Positions 47,531 to 60,415 of a stretch of 64,000 nucleotides of DNA are shown piece after piece. Origin of the DNA: Octopus sinensis (Eukaryota); contig NC_042998.1 in assembly GCF_006345805.1 (NCBI RefSeq), forward strand, positions 175,026,001-175,090,000. The letters run 5' to 3'. Position 1 is the first letter of the stretch. Each line of letters starts with the position of its first letter. The position numbers were made by a program, and so were the translations under genes. The notes beneath the pieces are model-generated. The model was given only the letters and a program-made list of their open reading frames with translations. It was not told where the DNA came from and ran no database searches.

Positions 47531-49960
47531 TGTCTTTTTTTTTATAGTTTTCATCATGTTTTTACATATGAATAAATTTAAAATATTGCTACAAGTTAAT
47601 AATATCAAATGGAGGAAGTAGTGATAAAGGTATTTCCCAGAAGAGATAACATATCTTAACTGACTTATACTTAAAATATTCTGGACAGCAAATTGTATTC
47701 TGTATATTCAATATATTAAACTACATTTCACAACTAATGGAATGTACAGCATGGTCCTCAGACTTAGGTGAGGCATACCATTGTGCAAGATATCTGAGTA
47801 TATGCAATAACAATAACAGCAACAAAGTATAAAACTCCATCCTCTACATTTTTCTATCCAATATTTTGCTGTTGTATTTAACAGTTCTGTCAATCACAGT
47901 TTTATTTAAAAATCAATGTATCAATGAAAGAAAATTGATTTTTCTCACTGTTATCTTTCTGCTGAATGAGTTTGATGTGTGTGTTGTCCCTACTTAGCAG
48001 TTGAGACGCTGTGGCTTTGAAACACAAAAGAATTGTTCACAGGTCCAAGACAAGATATGCAGATAGAAATAAGGTGTTCAGTATAAAATTTATTATATAT
48101 CCGGTTTTCTTTTTGCAGTAATCCTCTCGTTATTGTGGACATGTTATTCTAATATTTAGCTATCAAAAGCCTACAATCTAAACTTTAACATTTGACTATT
48201 GCATGAAACAAGTTGATTCTTTCACTAGCTAAACTCCAAATAGTAGTTAAGCCATGCAGAAAGAAAGGATGCAGTGATGTACAGTTTACATAGAAGCATC
48301 AGCTGTTGGTTATATTTGAATGTTTGAGGATTTTGTCATATGTTTCAATTCCATTATCATTTATCACCTGTCAGTTCACTCATTCATAAACTTTATTCTT
48401 GTGTGAAAAGATCCAGTCTTGATTCCACAAGCCACCAAACTAATTGTTCTATTCCCTCTTTCTCTGGTTTTTTTTAATATTTTTGTTCTTTTTTTCTCCT
48501 GAAACTCTAATACCAGATATGAAATATATATTAGATGTGTTATGTTAAATAGATGTGAGAAATGATCCATGAATATAGAAGCTCTATAAGTGAATGGAAG
48601 AAGGGCATGTCCCTTTGAATATATGGTATTAACTTAAGAAAAAATTGCTGAGCTTCAGTTGCTTGAGAAAGTGGTTAGACATTGAAGATGTTGGTAGATG
48701 TGTGCAAAAGATGATTCCGTTCATTTAGTTAATGTCATCTGAATGGATGGTACATGTGTTGGGTGAAAAGGTGTTGAGAGTTAGTGGAAGAAAGAACTTA
48801 TGTTAGATACGGACTAATGAAAATATAACTAAAATAGAACTGAGAATGTTGTGATTGTGTTTCTAGTCCATCATTCACTATGGTCCTGTACTTCCTGTCT
48901 TCAATCACTTCTGTATTGCTTCTTTCCACATATGAATTTAACTATTAACTCAAGTCTGCATGTTCTTAAGATTGGATAAAATCTTTGGTTTTTGCATCTC
49001 CAAGTGTCTAGATACAACAGAGAACATTGAGTCTCAAAGAAGCTATGATGCAATCAAGAAGATACATGTAGAGATCTTGCAAAGTCATCTTAGTTTTGCC
49101 AGCAGGATAAAGCTTACATCCAACCAATGATGACACACTATAAATGATACAACAATCTAGCTTCTTATAAACTAGTTTTTTATTTGGCAAACTTTCCATT
49201 TTGTTTTCATTCTGGTTTTCTTTCATTTCTTTATTTTCTCTTTCCTTTATTTTTTCTTTCTTTACTTTTTTGTTGCTTATGTACTGTCTGCCTGAATTTC
49301 TTCCCTTTCTTCCTTTTTTGCCTCTTGCAGACATGAATCTTTTGATTGCCACTCAAATTTCAGAACTGCCTGTTTTTATTATTAGTTTTTTTTTCCAGCT
49401 TTAGTTCTCAAACCATTGCATTTATTTCATAAATTTCTTTTCTTTTTTCTGTTTGTTTTATTCTCTATCATAGTTTACCTTGGTTAAATGATGTCCATAT
49501 TAATATACATAATTATTTCCGTAAATTTCACCTTGAAAATGAATTGTCGTTGTATAGTCATAGAATTAGACAGAAGATGGTAACTGCTATATTAAGTTAG
49601 TATGTATAATTAGTCAGTTTATCATATTTTTTTTTATCCTTTTACTGATTGGAATCATTGGACTGTGGTTTTGCTAAGGCACCACCTGGAAGGGTTTTAG
49701 TTGATCATATTGATTCCACTACTTATTGTTTTATTGATCTGTAATAATTCTCTAAGTTATATATAAACGACAACCTTCTGCATAATGTCCATCTACCAAA
49801 TTATTTTCACAAAGCTTTGGCCAACTAGAGGTTACTGATGAAGACACTTACCCATTGTGTTATGTATAGGATCAAACTTGAAACCACATAGTTCCAAAGC
49901 AAACTTCTTAACTGCATGGCTATACTTGCACCTTTTTAATAGTTATATTAGGTAGGAAAA

Positions 49961-50378
49961 AGGCAGTGAGCTGGCAGAACCGTTAGTATGCCGGGCGAAA
50001 TGCGTAGCCGTATTTCACCTGCCGTTACGTTCTGAGTTCAAATTCCGTTGAGGTCGACTTTGCCTTTCATCCTTTTGGGGTCGATAAATTAAGTACCAGT
50101 TACACACTGGGGTCGATGTAATCGACTTAATTCATTTGTCTGTCCTTGTTTGTCCCCTTCTATGTTTAGCCCCTTGTGGGTAGTAAAGAAATAGGTATTT
50201 CATCTGCCGCTACGTTCTGAGTTCAAATTCCACCGAAGTCGACTTTGCCTTTCATCCTTTCAGGGTCGATAAATTAAGTAGCAGTTACGCACTGGGGTCG
50301 ATATAATCGACTTAATTCATTTGTCTGTCCTTGTTTGTCCCCTCTATGTTTAGCCCCTTGTGGGTAATAAAGAAACAT
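49961..50378 (+). mobile_element. Family B SINE head-to-tail dimer within one TSD pair
   Basis: Unit 1 is complete (49961-50191); unit 2 lacks the 5' head. Flanks taggtaggaaaa (49949-49960) / taggtgggaaaa (50383-50394). Confidence 0.88.
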
Positions 50379-51463
50379 ATCCTAGGTGGGAAAATGTGTG
50401 TGGTTAAGTTGATAGGTTTTTGGACATTCACTTTGTGTCACTGCATTGTGGTTGATTTTTACTCCTCAGTTGTTAAGACTCCTTTTTTGTAAATAGGTTC
50501 TATGTGGAAGTACAGCTCAAGTTTTGTAGGCAGGAAGGAGAATTTGTTTTTAATTGATGAGTATTTGATTATTTAATAATGTTGAATTTGATACACTGGT
50601 GTTCCTATCCAAAGAAAGGGATATTGCTTCACATTTAAACATTGAAAAGCATACTTCCTGGCATGTAGAAGCATTTAGCATAGACAGGAAATATGTCATA
50701 AAATATCTTGCACAAGTTCAGTTCGACAGTTACTCAATAATATTACAGATCTACTCCACCCCATCAACACACTAATTATTCCTAATTCTTGCTAAGTGTT
50801 GATTGAATCACAAGAAATGAATTAATAAAAGCTAAGTCAGAAAAACTTATGATCCTCCTTGACAGAGATTATAAATTCAAATTCTACTGTTATTAGATAA
50901 ACTTAGAGTGATGACATTTGGTTCAGTACTAATCAAGTATCTTAAGGACCCAATTATTGGTACTAATTAAGAATTAGCTGCTAAGATTTAAATATAAATG
51001 ATTAGACATGTCTAATCATTTATAAACAGTTATTCAAAGCTGAAAAGAAGATAACAGATTCAATGTCCCATCAGAAGACAAAATACTCTTTTTTGTCTCA
51101 AATTGCTGCTTGTAATGTCTATTATCTTTTTTTTTTTTAATTATAATTGAGTTTAAGAATAGGGCTAAAATAAACTCTAACCATTAACTTACTCCACATC
51201 ATAAATGAATGCTCTTAGATTATTGTTTCTGTAATAGTGAAATAATTTTGTGTCTTCTCCATATTTCTATGACATTGTCATCCTTCGTCCTTGTTCATAG
51301 TATGGCATTCCAGAGTGGTTACGAAAAAAACAAGACAAATTCCAGTGAAAAGGTCTAGCTTTATTTTTCTGCAGCATCAGTTAAATGTATTTGTAATGAA
51401 AACAGGAAATGTACTGGATCTATTTCTCTTTTCGACCGAAATAGCAATAGAATTAGCTTTAAC

Positions 51464-51495
<32 letters not shown>

Positions 51496-51547
51496 GTAGG
51501 GTATTTCTGTCTTTAAAAATTGCATTTTATTCATCCTCATCCCCCAG

Positions 51548-51603
51548 TTAAATTTTGGAGATATTTCTGCTCCGTTTTTAGACAAAGGCAGCAGACATGT
51601 CAA
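51548..51603 (+). CDS. Candidate exon LNFGDISAPFLDKGSRHV(K) (phase 0-2)
   Basis: attcatcctcatcccccag acceptor, AA|gtaaat donor, open frame. Confidence 0.35.
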
Positions 51604-52052
51604 GTAAATTAAACTGCCTCAATCTAAGTTAATATCACTCCATACCCCATAATGGCACTCCACTAGAAATGTCAGCTCATGTGTTCAACTTTCTGCTTCC
51701 AAGTAATTTCAGTAACATTATTTGACATAATAGCGCTGGCCATATTAATTGCTAACAAGTCTCTTGTTGTTATTTCTTCATATTTAAAATGGTATAAACT
51801 TTCAGGCTGAATCACTCTGTGATTGTGATACAGCACTTGATAATGTACCTCAAATATCTAGTTCAAATATTTACTGTCACTCTGCACTTCATTGCTAATG
51901 ATTAGTCAGGCACCATCACAAGTCTCGGCATCTATATAACTGTTACTCTTCCTCCCACATTTTTATATGCCAGCAATTTTGTAATACATTCTCCATGTTG
52001 AATAGAAGCAGTAACTTGTGTCTATTTATTCTTTGTTTACAATCATATTCAG

Positions 52053-52134
52053 GTTCCAAATATTTTTTGACATAGATGCTAAGAGTGCTAAAAAGTGCTT
52101 GGAGTTCTATAAAAATCTTGGAAAATATATATAT
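52053..52134 (+). CDS. Candidate exon FQIFFDIDAKSAKKCLEFYKNLGKYIY
   Basis: ctttgtttacaatcatattcag acceptor, phase-2 entry matching 51548-51603, gtaaaa donor. Confidence 0.35.
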
Positions 52135-52342
52135 GTAAAATTTGGCTGTCTGAGAAAACTACTGATTGTATTGGTTGAAAACACAAAAAGGCTTGTAGAA
52201 TTTAGAGCCATTTTATTTTGCTCTAATTTCCTCATGCTGTGCATCCAAAATGCTCCCGCTTAGCTAGAATTGAATAATTTCATACTTTCTCATCCTATCA
52301 TAGCTAGTATGTATATAAATATTGATTTTTTTTAACAGTGGC

Positions 52343-52700
52343 ATCATCATCATCATCATCGTTTAACGTCTGTTTTCTGTGCTAGCACGGGTTGGACGGT
52401 TCAACCAGGGTCTGGGAAGCCAGAAGGCTGCACCAGGCTCCAGTCTGATCTGGCAGTGTTTCTACAGCTGGATGCCCTTCCTAATACCAACCACTCCGTG
52501 AGTGTAGTGAGTGCTTTTTACATGCCACCGGCACAGGTGTCAGGGGGGCTGGCAGCAGCCACGATCAGTTGGTGCTTTTTACATGCCACCGGCACAGAAG
52601 CCAGTCAAGGTGGCGCTGGCATCGGCCACGTTCAGATGGTGCTTTTTATGTGCCACTGGCACAGGTATCACAACTACAATTTCCATTTGATATTTATTTG
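52343..52700 (-). mobile_element. Family C element including its 5' flank block
   Basis: Body plus modules plus caggtatcacaactacaatttccatttg, which matches the reverse complement of 5583-5612. Confidence 0.88.
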
Positions 52701-52784
52701 TGGCATGAGGCCACAAATTTGAGAGGGCAAGGTAGAAAGAATTGAATTGTCTATACTTATTTTATTGATAATAGGCAGATGTAA

Positions 52785-52958
52785 AGTTAGCATTCAGATT
52801 CTGTCAAATTTAATACTTATTCATTCACCTTATTTTGAATTAATCATGTATTATCTTGTAGCTTCAAGATTTCAATGAGGTGATTGTTTATTTTTCGAAT
52901 GACATTGAGTAGGTGTGAGAGATTGGATCTGGTCAGTTTGAACATAAAACAGGTGGAA
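52785..52958 (-). mobile_element. Third, inverted copy of the 3957/4175 MITE
   Basis: tttgaacataaaacaggt and ttttgaattaatcatg are reverse complements of the internal blocks of 4175-4400. Confidence 0.7.
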
Positions 52959-55681
52959 AGGCATTTGTCTCCAGGCAAATTTGTCAGAACAAAGCTTGTC
53001 AATCAAATATGTATTTTTTTTAAAAGTACAAATTCTGAAAAATAAGGCTTAGGGAACTGGTTCATGTTATTGAGAAAATGGAATTAAAACTTTAATTATC
53101 ATTGGGAAATGGTTTGATAAATATGCATACAAAGTTATGTCCCTATGGATTTACTCTTGCTGTGAAATTAAGCCTTCTTTGGTTAGAAAAATGGTTTTCT
53201 TAACAACATGGAATTCAAATTGAGTCACTTTGTTTTGCTGCACTTATGGCTGATTAAGTTTTGCTTATCTGAATGTTCCTGTTATTGTAACATGTACTCT
53301 GTGATAGCAACACCAACAAAGATAGATAGAAATATAGATTGCATGAGATTTATTTACACAGGCATTAATTTGGAAAATGCAAAGATTTGCAATCTTATTT
53401 TTCCTAAGTTGTTAAACATTTGTAGTGGCAGGCTACTTATTAGAATGTGACCAATAGTTACTATGAATGGCTATGTGGGTTATGAATTAAAAATAAATGT
53501 CCAGACAGTCTATATGAATTGCAAATTTATTATGAATAGATTTTTGATTCTGATTAAGTATATAATCTTAGTGTTTTATTAGCACTTCATTTCTAATCAA
53601 GTTCAAGGATTCTAATGTTTATAACAGTTTTGTTTGTTTGTTTGTTTTCCATTTTGGATTCTTTTGTTTATTTTACTGTTTTCAGTCATTTTTAGCATTA
53701 TAGACCATGCTCCAGCATGGCCACATTTAGTACTTAATATCATGAGTTCTGTCAATTTATTTGCTAAGCTTCTATAACTATCCAAATAATTTCATGATAA
53801 ATCATAAATAATTTGTGCTATGTTAAAGAAAATTAAATCTCTTTAAATCTTGTTTGAAATTTTTAAAAATAAATAAATAAAACAGGAATTTCTGAATTTT
53901 TCAGATTTTTAAAAATAATTTTTACCTTTCAGATAGATATTAAAATGTGTGTGAGTTTGTTATTACTCAGAATTACAGTGGGATCCAGACAAGCATTGAC
54001 TTAATCTCTTCTTGACTATCTCACTCTTCAAATAGTTTTGCACCAACCTCTAAGGAAGGTGGCTATTGTTGAATTGTACAAATATTAGCATAAAGATGTC
54101 AGCTATAACTGTGGCCTGTGAATATATTGAAGTATAAATGTTGTGTCATCTTTATTGGGTCATTAGTTAGTCATATAGTATGGCAACATAGAATGGGACA
54201 TGCAGACAGGAGATACTCTACATGGTTGCTTGACCTGCTTGAAATAATCAAGCCCTCCTCAAATTACACCGTTGCCTTAAGAAGACATATCAGAAATTTC
54301 ATTGAGGTATACTGTTCATAAAGAAAGATAATGATCATGGCTTGACTGTCTTTGATCTATAAATTTGAGTAGGACTGATTTAAGAGTGCAGACTTTCCAG
54401 TCAGTCTGTCTGTCAGAGTGCATTCTTGAAGTTTTGGACATGTCTTCAAATTTCTGTGAAGTAAAATAACCAGGTAGTGAACTTGTGTAACAAACTTAGA
54501 TCCCTATGAGTTTAGTATAATTTTTAGGTGCACACCTACACACACATACACGCATGCATGTGTGTGTATACATATTTTACTTGTTTCAGTCGTTTGACTG
54601 TGGCCATACTGGAGCACTGGATGCTACATCTTAGCACCTAGGACCAATGTGTTACCTATACATTTTGTGGCCATAATTTATACAAATTTTCTTCATAAAA
54701 TTAAATTCTTACCTGGTATCAGGTAAGGATTTAATGGATTTAATGAATGTCTTTTTTATTTTTTGCTTTTTTTTTTTTAAGAAACAAAGAATAAAATTAA
54801 GGACAAATTTGAAGATTAGCACTAACTGATATTATGATAAACCAAGGAAGTCCACATTGGATGATATGACTTTAGATGTCTAGTGGAAAACACTTCATCT
54901 TTGATTGTAGGTCTGGTTAGTCAGAACTAACATGAGGCTAGTGTTAGAAGTCTTTCATCGTCAAGGGAATCCTAGAACATCACATTTAAAGTGAAGGTTT
55001 GTGGCATCGTATTAGAGCTTTAATATATTTTTTTATATAAATCTTAATGATGAAGCAAAGATGTGCCAGTTGTTCTACTGGATGGATCAACGGTGAGAAA
55101 TTGTAGTCTCTCTTTGTTTCGTTGGAAAGTTTATTTGGTATTGCTGGTAGAACTATAAATATGAGTTGCTGTCAGCTAAATTTGCTGATATCAGCTCTGA
55201 TACATATTATCACTATGTACTTTTATATCATTCTTTTAGCATTTGATTCTGTAGAACTCCTGGCTTTCTCTCTTATTCGGACCATTTCCATTCACAATCT
55301 TCAAAGACTTCTTATTTTCACTACCCCTTCATTCTCCATGCCTGTATGCTCGATTCAGCTATTTTCTCTTTCTAACTTAATATTTACTTATTCACAGATC
55401 CAGCATTTTTACATGTAGAGTTGTTGGTATTAACATGTCGGCTGATATTTTCCCTTATGATGGAGATCTGATCTGCAGAAAATTCCAATCGTGTTAGTCA
55501 TTATTGTTGTTAGGAGCACCCCATAAGTCAACATCAGAATATGCTATACATCCATCTTCACTGAAACCACGACGGCAGGCAGTTTTTGGGCCATATGTGT
55601 TGCAGTGGGATTGTCAGGGCATGTTGCATCTGTTTTTCATGTTTGGTTTGTTCTTACATAGCTGTTCCATTTATATCTATG

Positions 55682-55880
55682 TACATGAGGGGGTGCTGAA
55701 AAGTTCCTGGCTTTGAGAGTATTGTGAAAAGCCTGGTTAGAGGCCCAACCTCTTGAGTCCTTTTACTGAAGGACCACTGCAATAAGTGTGTGAATCCAAG
55801 AGGGAAATATGTTGAATAAAATCATAATTGATCCTCCAGTATTTTCTTTTATCCAAAGCCAGGAACTTTTCAGCCCCTGT
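55682..55880 (+). mobile_element. Tc1/mariner-derived MITE
   Basis: TA-catgagggggtgctgaaaagttcctggctttg ... caaagccaggaacttttcagcccct (21-bp perfect TIR core). The interior encodes NKCVNPRGKYVE-stop, like the mariner C-terminal W.KCV...G.YVE motif. Confidence 0.85.
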
Positions 55881-55922
55881 CCCTGCCCCCACCCCAAATT
55901 TCAGACCTTGTGTCATTAGTAG

Positions 55923-55937
55923 GAAGGGTTGTTGTTG

Positions 55938-55984
<47 letters not shown>

Positions 55985-55990
55985 ATTATT
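55923..55990 (+). repeat. (GTT)n(ATT)n compound microsatellite
   Basis: Read directly from the sequence. Confidence 0.95.
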
Positions 55991-58229
55991 ATATTCTGAG
56001 TTCAGATCCCACGAAGATCAACTTTGCCTTTCATCCTTTTGTGGTCAACAAAATAAAGTACCTGTCAAATACTGGTATCAGTGGTACTAACTAATGCCTT
56101 CCCTTAAAATTGCTGACCTTATACTTAAATCAGAAACTATTATTATTATTATTATTATCATCAGAAATCATCACCATCATCTACATTAGTATTTTTATTA
56201 TAATTTTTTTCCCTTTTTTGATTCAAGAATCTTTAAACTACATCTTACTGTCTGTAGGAGTAAATTCTGTGTCTTAAAACTTTTTATATTTTATTTAGCA
56301 TTTAATCAAAATCTTATTGTCTTGCTTCTGTTAATAAAGTAGACTTTTAGCAATATTTCGTTCTAATTTAATTATCTAAAGATCCTAACACCATTATCTT
56401 TACTGACTACCTGCTTCATATCCCAATTATCTCCCATCTAGTCTTCATCTTCCATGATCTCAATTTTAGTGTCCCCATGTATTGCAATGCTAAATATTCC
56501 TCATTGATTTCACGATAACAATAATGACATCTTATAGACATTGGATGGTAACATCTTAATAGATTTTTATATCCTTAAACTGTGTGGTTGACGTTTGTAC
56601 TGTTTTTCTGTTCATTCTCATTAACACTTTCCACACAAGGGAGACCCTACTACTGTATTTTTCAAGCTAATTCATTGTGCTTTCTCAGTTGTGTTGCTTT
56701 TCAACCTTCTTTTTGTTTTTCCTTTTGCACATTTTAAACTGAAGAGATTCGGTAGGTTTGTCTATTCAAGTTAGTTGTAGTTTTGTTTTATGTTTTTTTC
56801 TCAGGGCCTGTTCATATAATGTACGGCCAATGCCAGCTCTTCAGCTGAGTGCCTCAGGTCTGATTTCTTATCCTTGACCTTGATTAATTGAGATCCATTC
56901 ATTTCTCTAGCTCCTTAAAAAAATAAGTCCTATATTTTCTTTTCTTGTCTGGTATTAATTCTCTTGCTACTATAATTCTTTCATCTTCCCCTAATCCCTT
57001 CCAACAATAATTTTATACTCTTTCTTACATGCTTATGCTGCACTATTTTTATCACTTTATACATATTCTTAGCAGCTAATTAATTATTATTCTCTGTACT
57101 TTTATTCTTACTATATAGATCTTGATAATATACTAAAGGGTGTAATATTCCATATATGGGTGTCCCTTTTAAAGGGATTAGTGGTAACTTCTTATCTAAA
57201 CTAATCTCTTCCTTATTCCATTTTAGGACTCCTCTGTTATATCATGAAAGATATAATTCATATGTTGGTGGTTAGAATATTATTTTTATCATTTGGTTTA
57301 GCTTTAATTACTAATTTTAACCTTCTCAAAGTATTTCCTTCTAAAACATATACATGAAAGTTACCTTTATCTACTCTGACTCTTATACTGTTGGCCTTTG
57401 TATCTCTATATTTTATGATTTCCTCCTCTTGTAATTGTATCCTATTATTTTCTAGTTGCTTTTCCTTTCATTATTATTAAACTCCACATTTTAACAAAAA
57501 AAAAAAAAAAATACAATTCCATCTCCATATTTGTACTAAAGTATCTATATGGTCTTCTTTGCAAAAAGTTTCTGTTTCAAATCATTCATAAGAACGATTG
57601 CCTTTAGTTATATACATGTTCCCTACCGTACTTAGTAGCAACGTTAAAAGTATTACACATATATAAAATTTCAGAGGTAAAACAAACAAGTTGAAAGATT
57701 CCTCCATTCATCTTAATACTTCCGCCCCCTTCACCAGAATAGCTTAATTTTGTTTTCCATTTATTCACACTCTTTCAATTAACTTTTTTCTTTTTATATC
57801 CTATGTTATCCCTGCCATCTCTCTAAGTATTCTATTATCTTTGGCATCCTTTCTGCTCTAGTGATATTATATATCTTGGCTGTCTGCATATTTATGTGTA
57901 GCATTAGCTATTATACCTGTCAGTAACTTCCACATTGTTGGGAGACATAGCAGTTTAAAATAGTCAGCTGTGTTGCATTTGTTTAGGTCCTTCAAACACA
58001 GAGTAGTTTTACCTTGTGCCATCATTCTTGCTGAGGTTGTCTATATATCTGTTAATTGTTAAGTTACTTTCTTATAACAGAAAGTTGGAATTTCTAACCA
58101 ATCCATTTACACCCACCCCCAGTGCTAAAAACTTTTCAGTTGGGTATTTTATTGCAATATATCTATATGCATTCTTCTTTTTATATGGTCAGATTTGTTG
58201 ATATTTCCTACAACTTGGCATAGTACCTA

Positions 58230-58740
58230 TTATTATTATTATTATTATGTAGTATATTTTTTATATCGTGCTTTCACTTCACTACCGAGCACAGCTCTGT
58301 GTGCCTTGGGTATGTGCTGTGATTTGTTGTGATGCTCTGATGGTTATTGTATGGAAAGTGTTCTGCATAGGATGTGTGCAGTGCCTAGTAGTGCAACTTT
58401 CTGTATGTTATATGTGTTTGTAAGTCCTGGTGTTTTTGTTATGTATTTGTCTGAATATTTTTTTATCATGCCTAATGCACCTATTATGATAGGAATTGTT
58501 TCTGTTTTTAGATTCCACATTCTGGTTACCTCTATTTCCAGGTCTTTGTATTTTGAAAGTTTCTCCATTTCTTTTAGAGACACGTTGTCATCCGCTGGTA
58601 TTGATACATCAATTAGAAAACATTTTTTTTTCTTCATGATCTCTGACAACTATATCTGGTCTGTTGGCCTTAATTTCTCTATCTGTGTGTATTGGCATAT
58701 CCCAGAGTATGGTTGCTTTCTCGTTTTCTGTGACCTTTTC
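58230..58740 (-). mobile_element. R4/Dong-like non-LTR retrotransposon 3' end: restriction-like endonuclease, 3' UTR and (TAA)n tail
   Basis: EKVTENEKATILWDMPIHTDREIKANRPDIVVRDHEEKK (one +1 slip in poly-A) CFLIDVSIPADDNVSLKEMEKLSKYKDLEIEVTRMW...GALG...IQKVALLGTAHIL shows the PD-(D/E)xK RLE signature. The element ends in (TAA)n. Confidence 0.88.
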
Positions 58741-58772
58741 TTATTACTACTACTACTACTACTACTACTACT

Positions 58773-59323
58773 ATTGAGTGAGAATCAGTGCATGCCATCA
58801 AAGTGATACTGGGGTACAATTATACAAAGCCCAATATACCGATGGTGACTACCCATCTGATAAGAGTACACCAAGCACATGCTTCACAACTACATGTAGG
58901 TGACATGGTAATCTTATATCAAGATAAACAGTGCATGAACTTGCAGGTGGGGGCCCAGTTAGAATTTTCTTCAGGTTGAGTAGCCCATCCCACTCAAAAG
59001 GTCTCTGAATAAAGTTTGTTTAAGGATGATGAACGAAACATCCATATTTCTAGAGATGAATAATTCAAACTCCAAAGAATTCTTCTCGACACATGACTAT
59101 GATGCTCCCCTACTATTTCTGCTCGTGATCAGAGATGCACATATCGTCAGTCACTAAGGGACATGCTCAACTGGATACGGTCAAACAACTGACAAACAAA
59201 TCTGTGGTATTGAGTAGAATATTTGCTGTAGCCCATTTTTTATGCCAAGACAAAACAATGTACATGATAACACTTCCAGTCAGTTAAGATCAGAAGTCAT
59301 GAGAGCCACTGCCTAGTATTGCA
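58773..59323. mobile_element. Unclassified 550-bp element bounded by (TAC)n and (TTA)n microsatellites
   Basis: Higher-complexity block with sharp microsatellite borders and no recognisable ORF or tRNA head. Only one copy lies in the window, so its repeat status is inferred. Confidence 0.4.
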
Positions 59324-60195
59324 TTATTATTATTATTATTATCATTATTGCCAGCGGCGGCAGTGTTGTTCATAATTTATTATGACATTTGTATTGTTCC
59401 AGTTCCTGCTTATCTCATTATTTACTCTGTGGAACATAGTTCCTTATTTTCTAATCTTTTGTTTTAAGTTTTCTAACTTTGGTTGTTTTGGGTTCTGAGT
59501 TTCTGTTTAAGTTCCTCTCTATTGTGGCAGAGTGTCTCTTTTTTTCAAAGATCAAAGACCATGATGCATTTTCAATATTCCATTCTTATTTTCTTCCCTT
59601 GTAAAACATGAAAGTACCAACACAGTCTTTTATGTTGTTTTTTGTTTGCTTCTGTTAGTCCTGTGTTAATTTGGGGGTGGTTAGCCTGTTTGCCTGTATA
59701 ATATTATAAACCTATTGTATCCTGCTTTCATTATCTGTGACTAAATCTTTCTGTTTATTTGTTTAATAGAATCTTATCCAAATTCACCTTTTATCAAGCT
59801 GTCTTCTATTCTTGTTGTGTCTTTGTTTCCTCAATTGTCCATCCATTTTTCTCACCATTTACTTCTTTTGGTAGATATTTTAAGGCTTTTCATGCAATTT
59901 AAGTTCATTTCCTTAATTTCTGTTATTAGTTATTGAATAGGCATCTTCTATTATAGTATGTGAGTAGAATTCAGGAGATGTAAAATGTAATTCAATTAAC
60001 AGTTGGGGTGGATGTACCAAAAGCATTGTAGCAAGAGTAAGAATGAGGTGGAATAAAGCTCAGGGAGCTATTACTTTTCTGATAATAATGAAATTATTGT
60101 ATACAGTGCTCAGGTGCACCACAACTTGTCAAAAGTGCGTATAAAGTATATGCAGTAATGTACAAATGTCTGGAAAGCGAACAATGTATGATAAA

Positions 60196-60415
60196 AAGGA
60201 GTTTCTCTTTACAGTTAAAGAGCAGACTGTATGATGCCTGTTGTTGCATTGTAGCAAGATATGGATTTTAAAATACAGAATATTGGTAATGGCTAGAAAT
60301 AAATGATGGAAATATGTACTACTGGATGTATAATGTTTAGTGTACATGAATTGAAAGAGAAACTGGGGATAAGAGAAATTGCATATAACATGCAAGAAAG
60401 ATTATGCTGTGATGT
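60196..60415 (+). mobile_element. RTE LINE RT C-terminal fragment
   Basis: FSLQLKSRLYDAC...WMYNV...LKEKLGIREI matches the RTE KGRLYDAC / RWMCNV / LREKLGI motifs. Confidence 0.7.

Noticed and set aside
56300-57900. Pyrimidine-rich tract that may be an ancient minus-strand LINE
   Set aside because: No unambiguous RT or endonuclease motif could be read.
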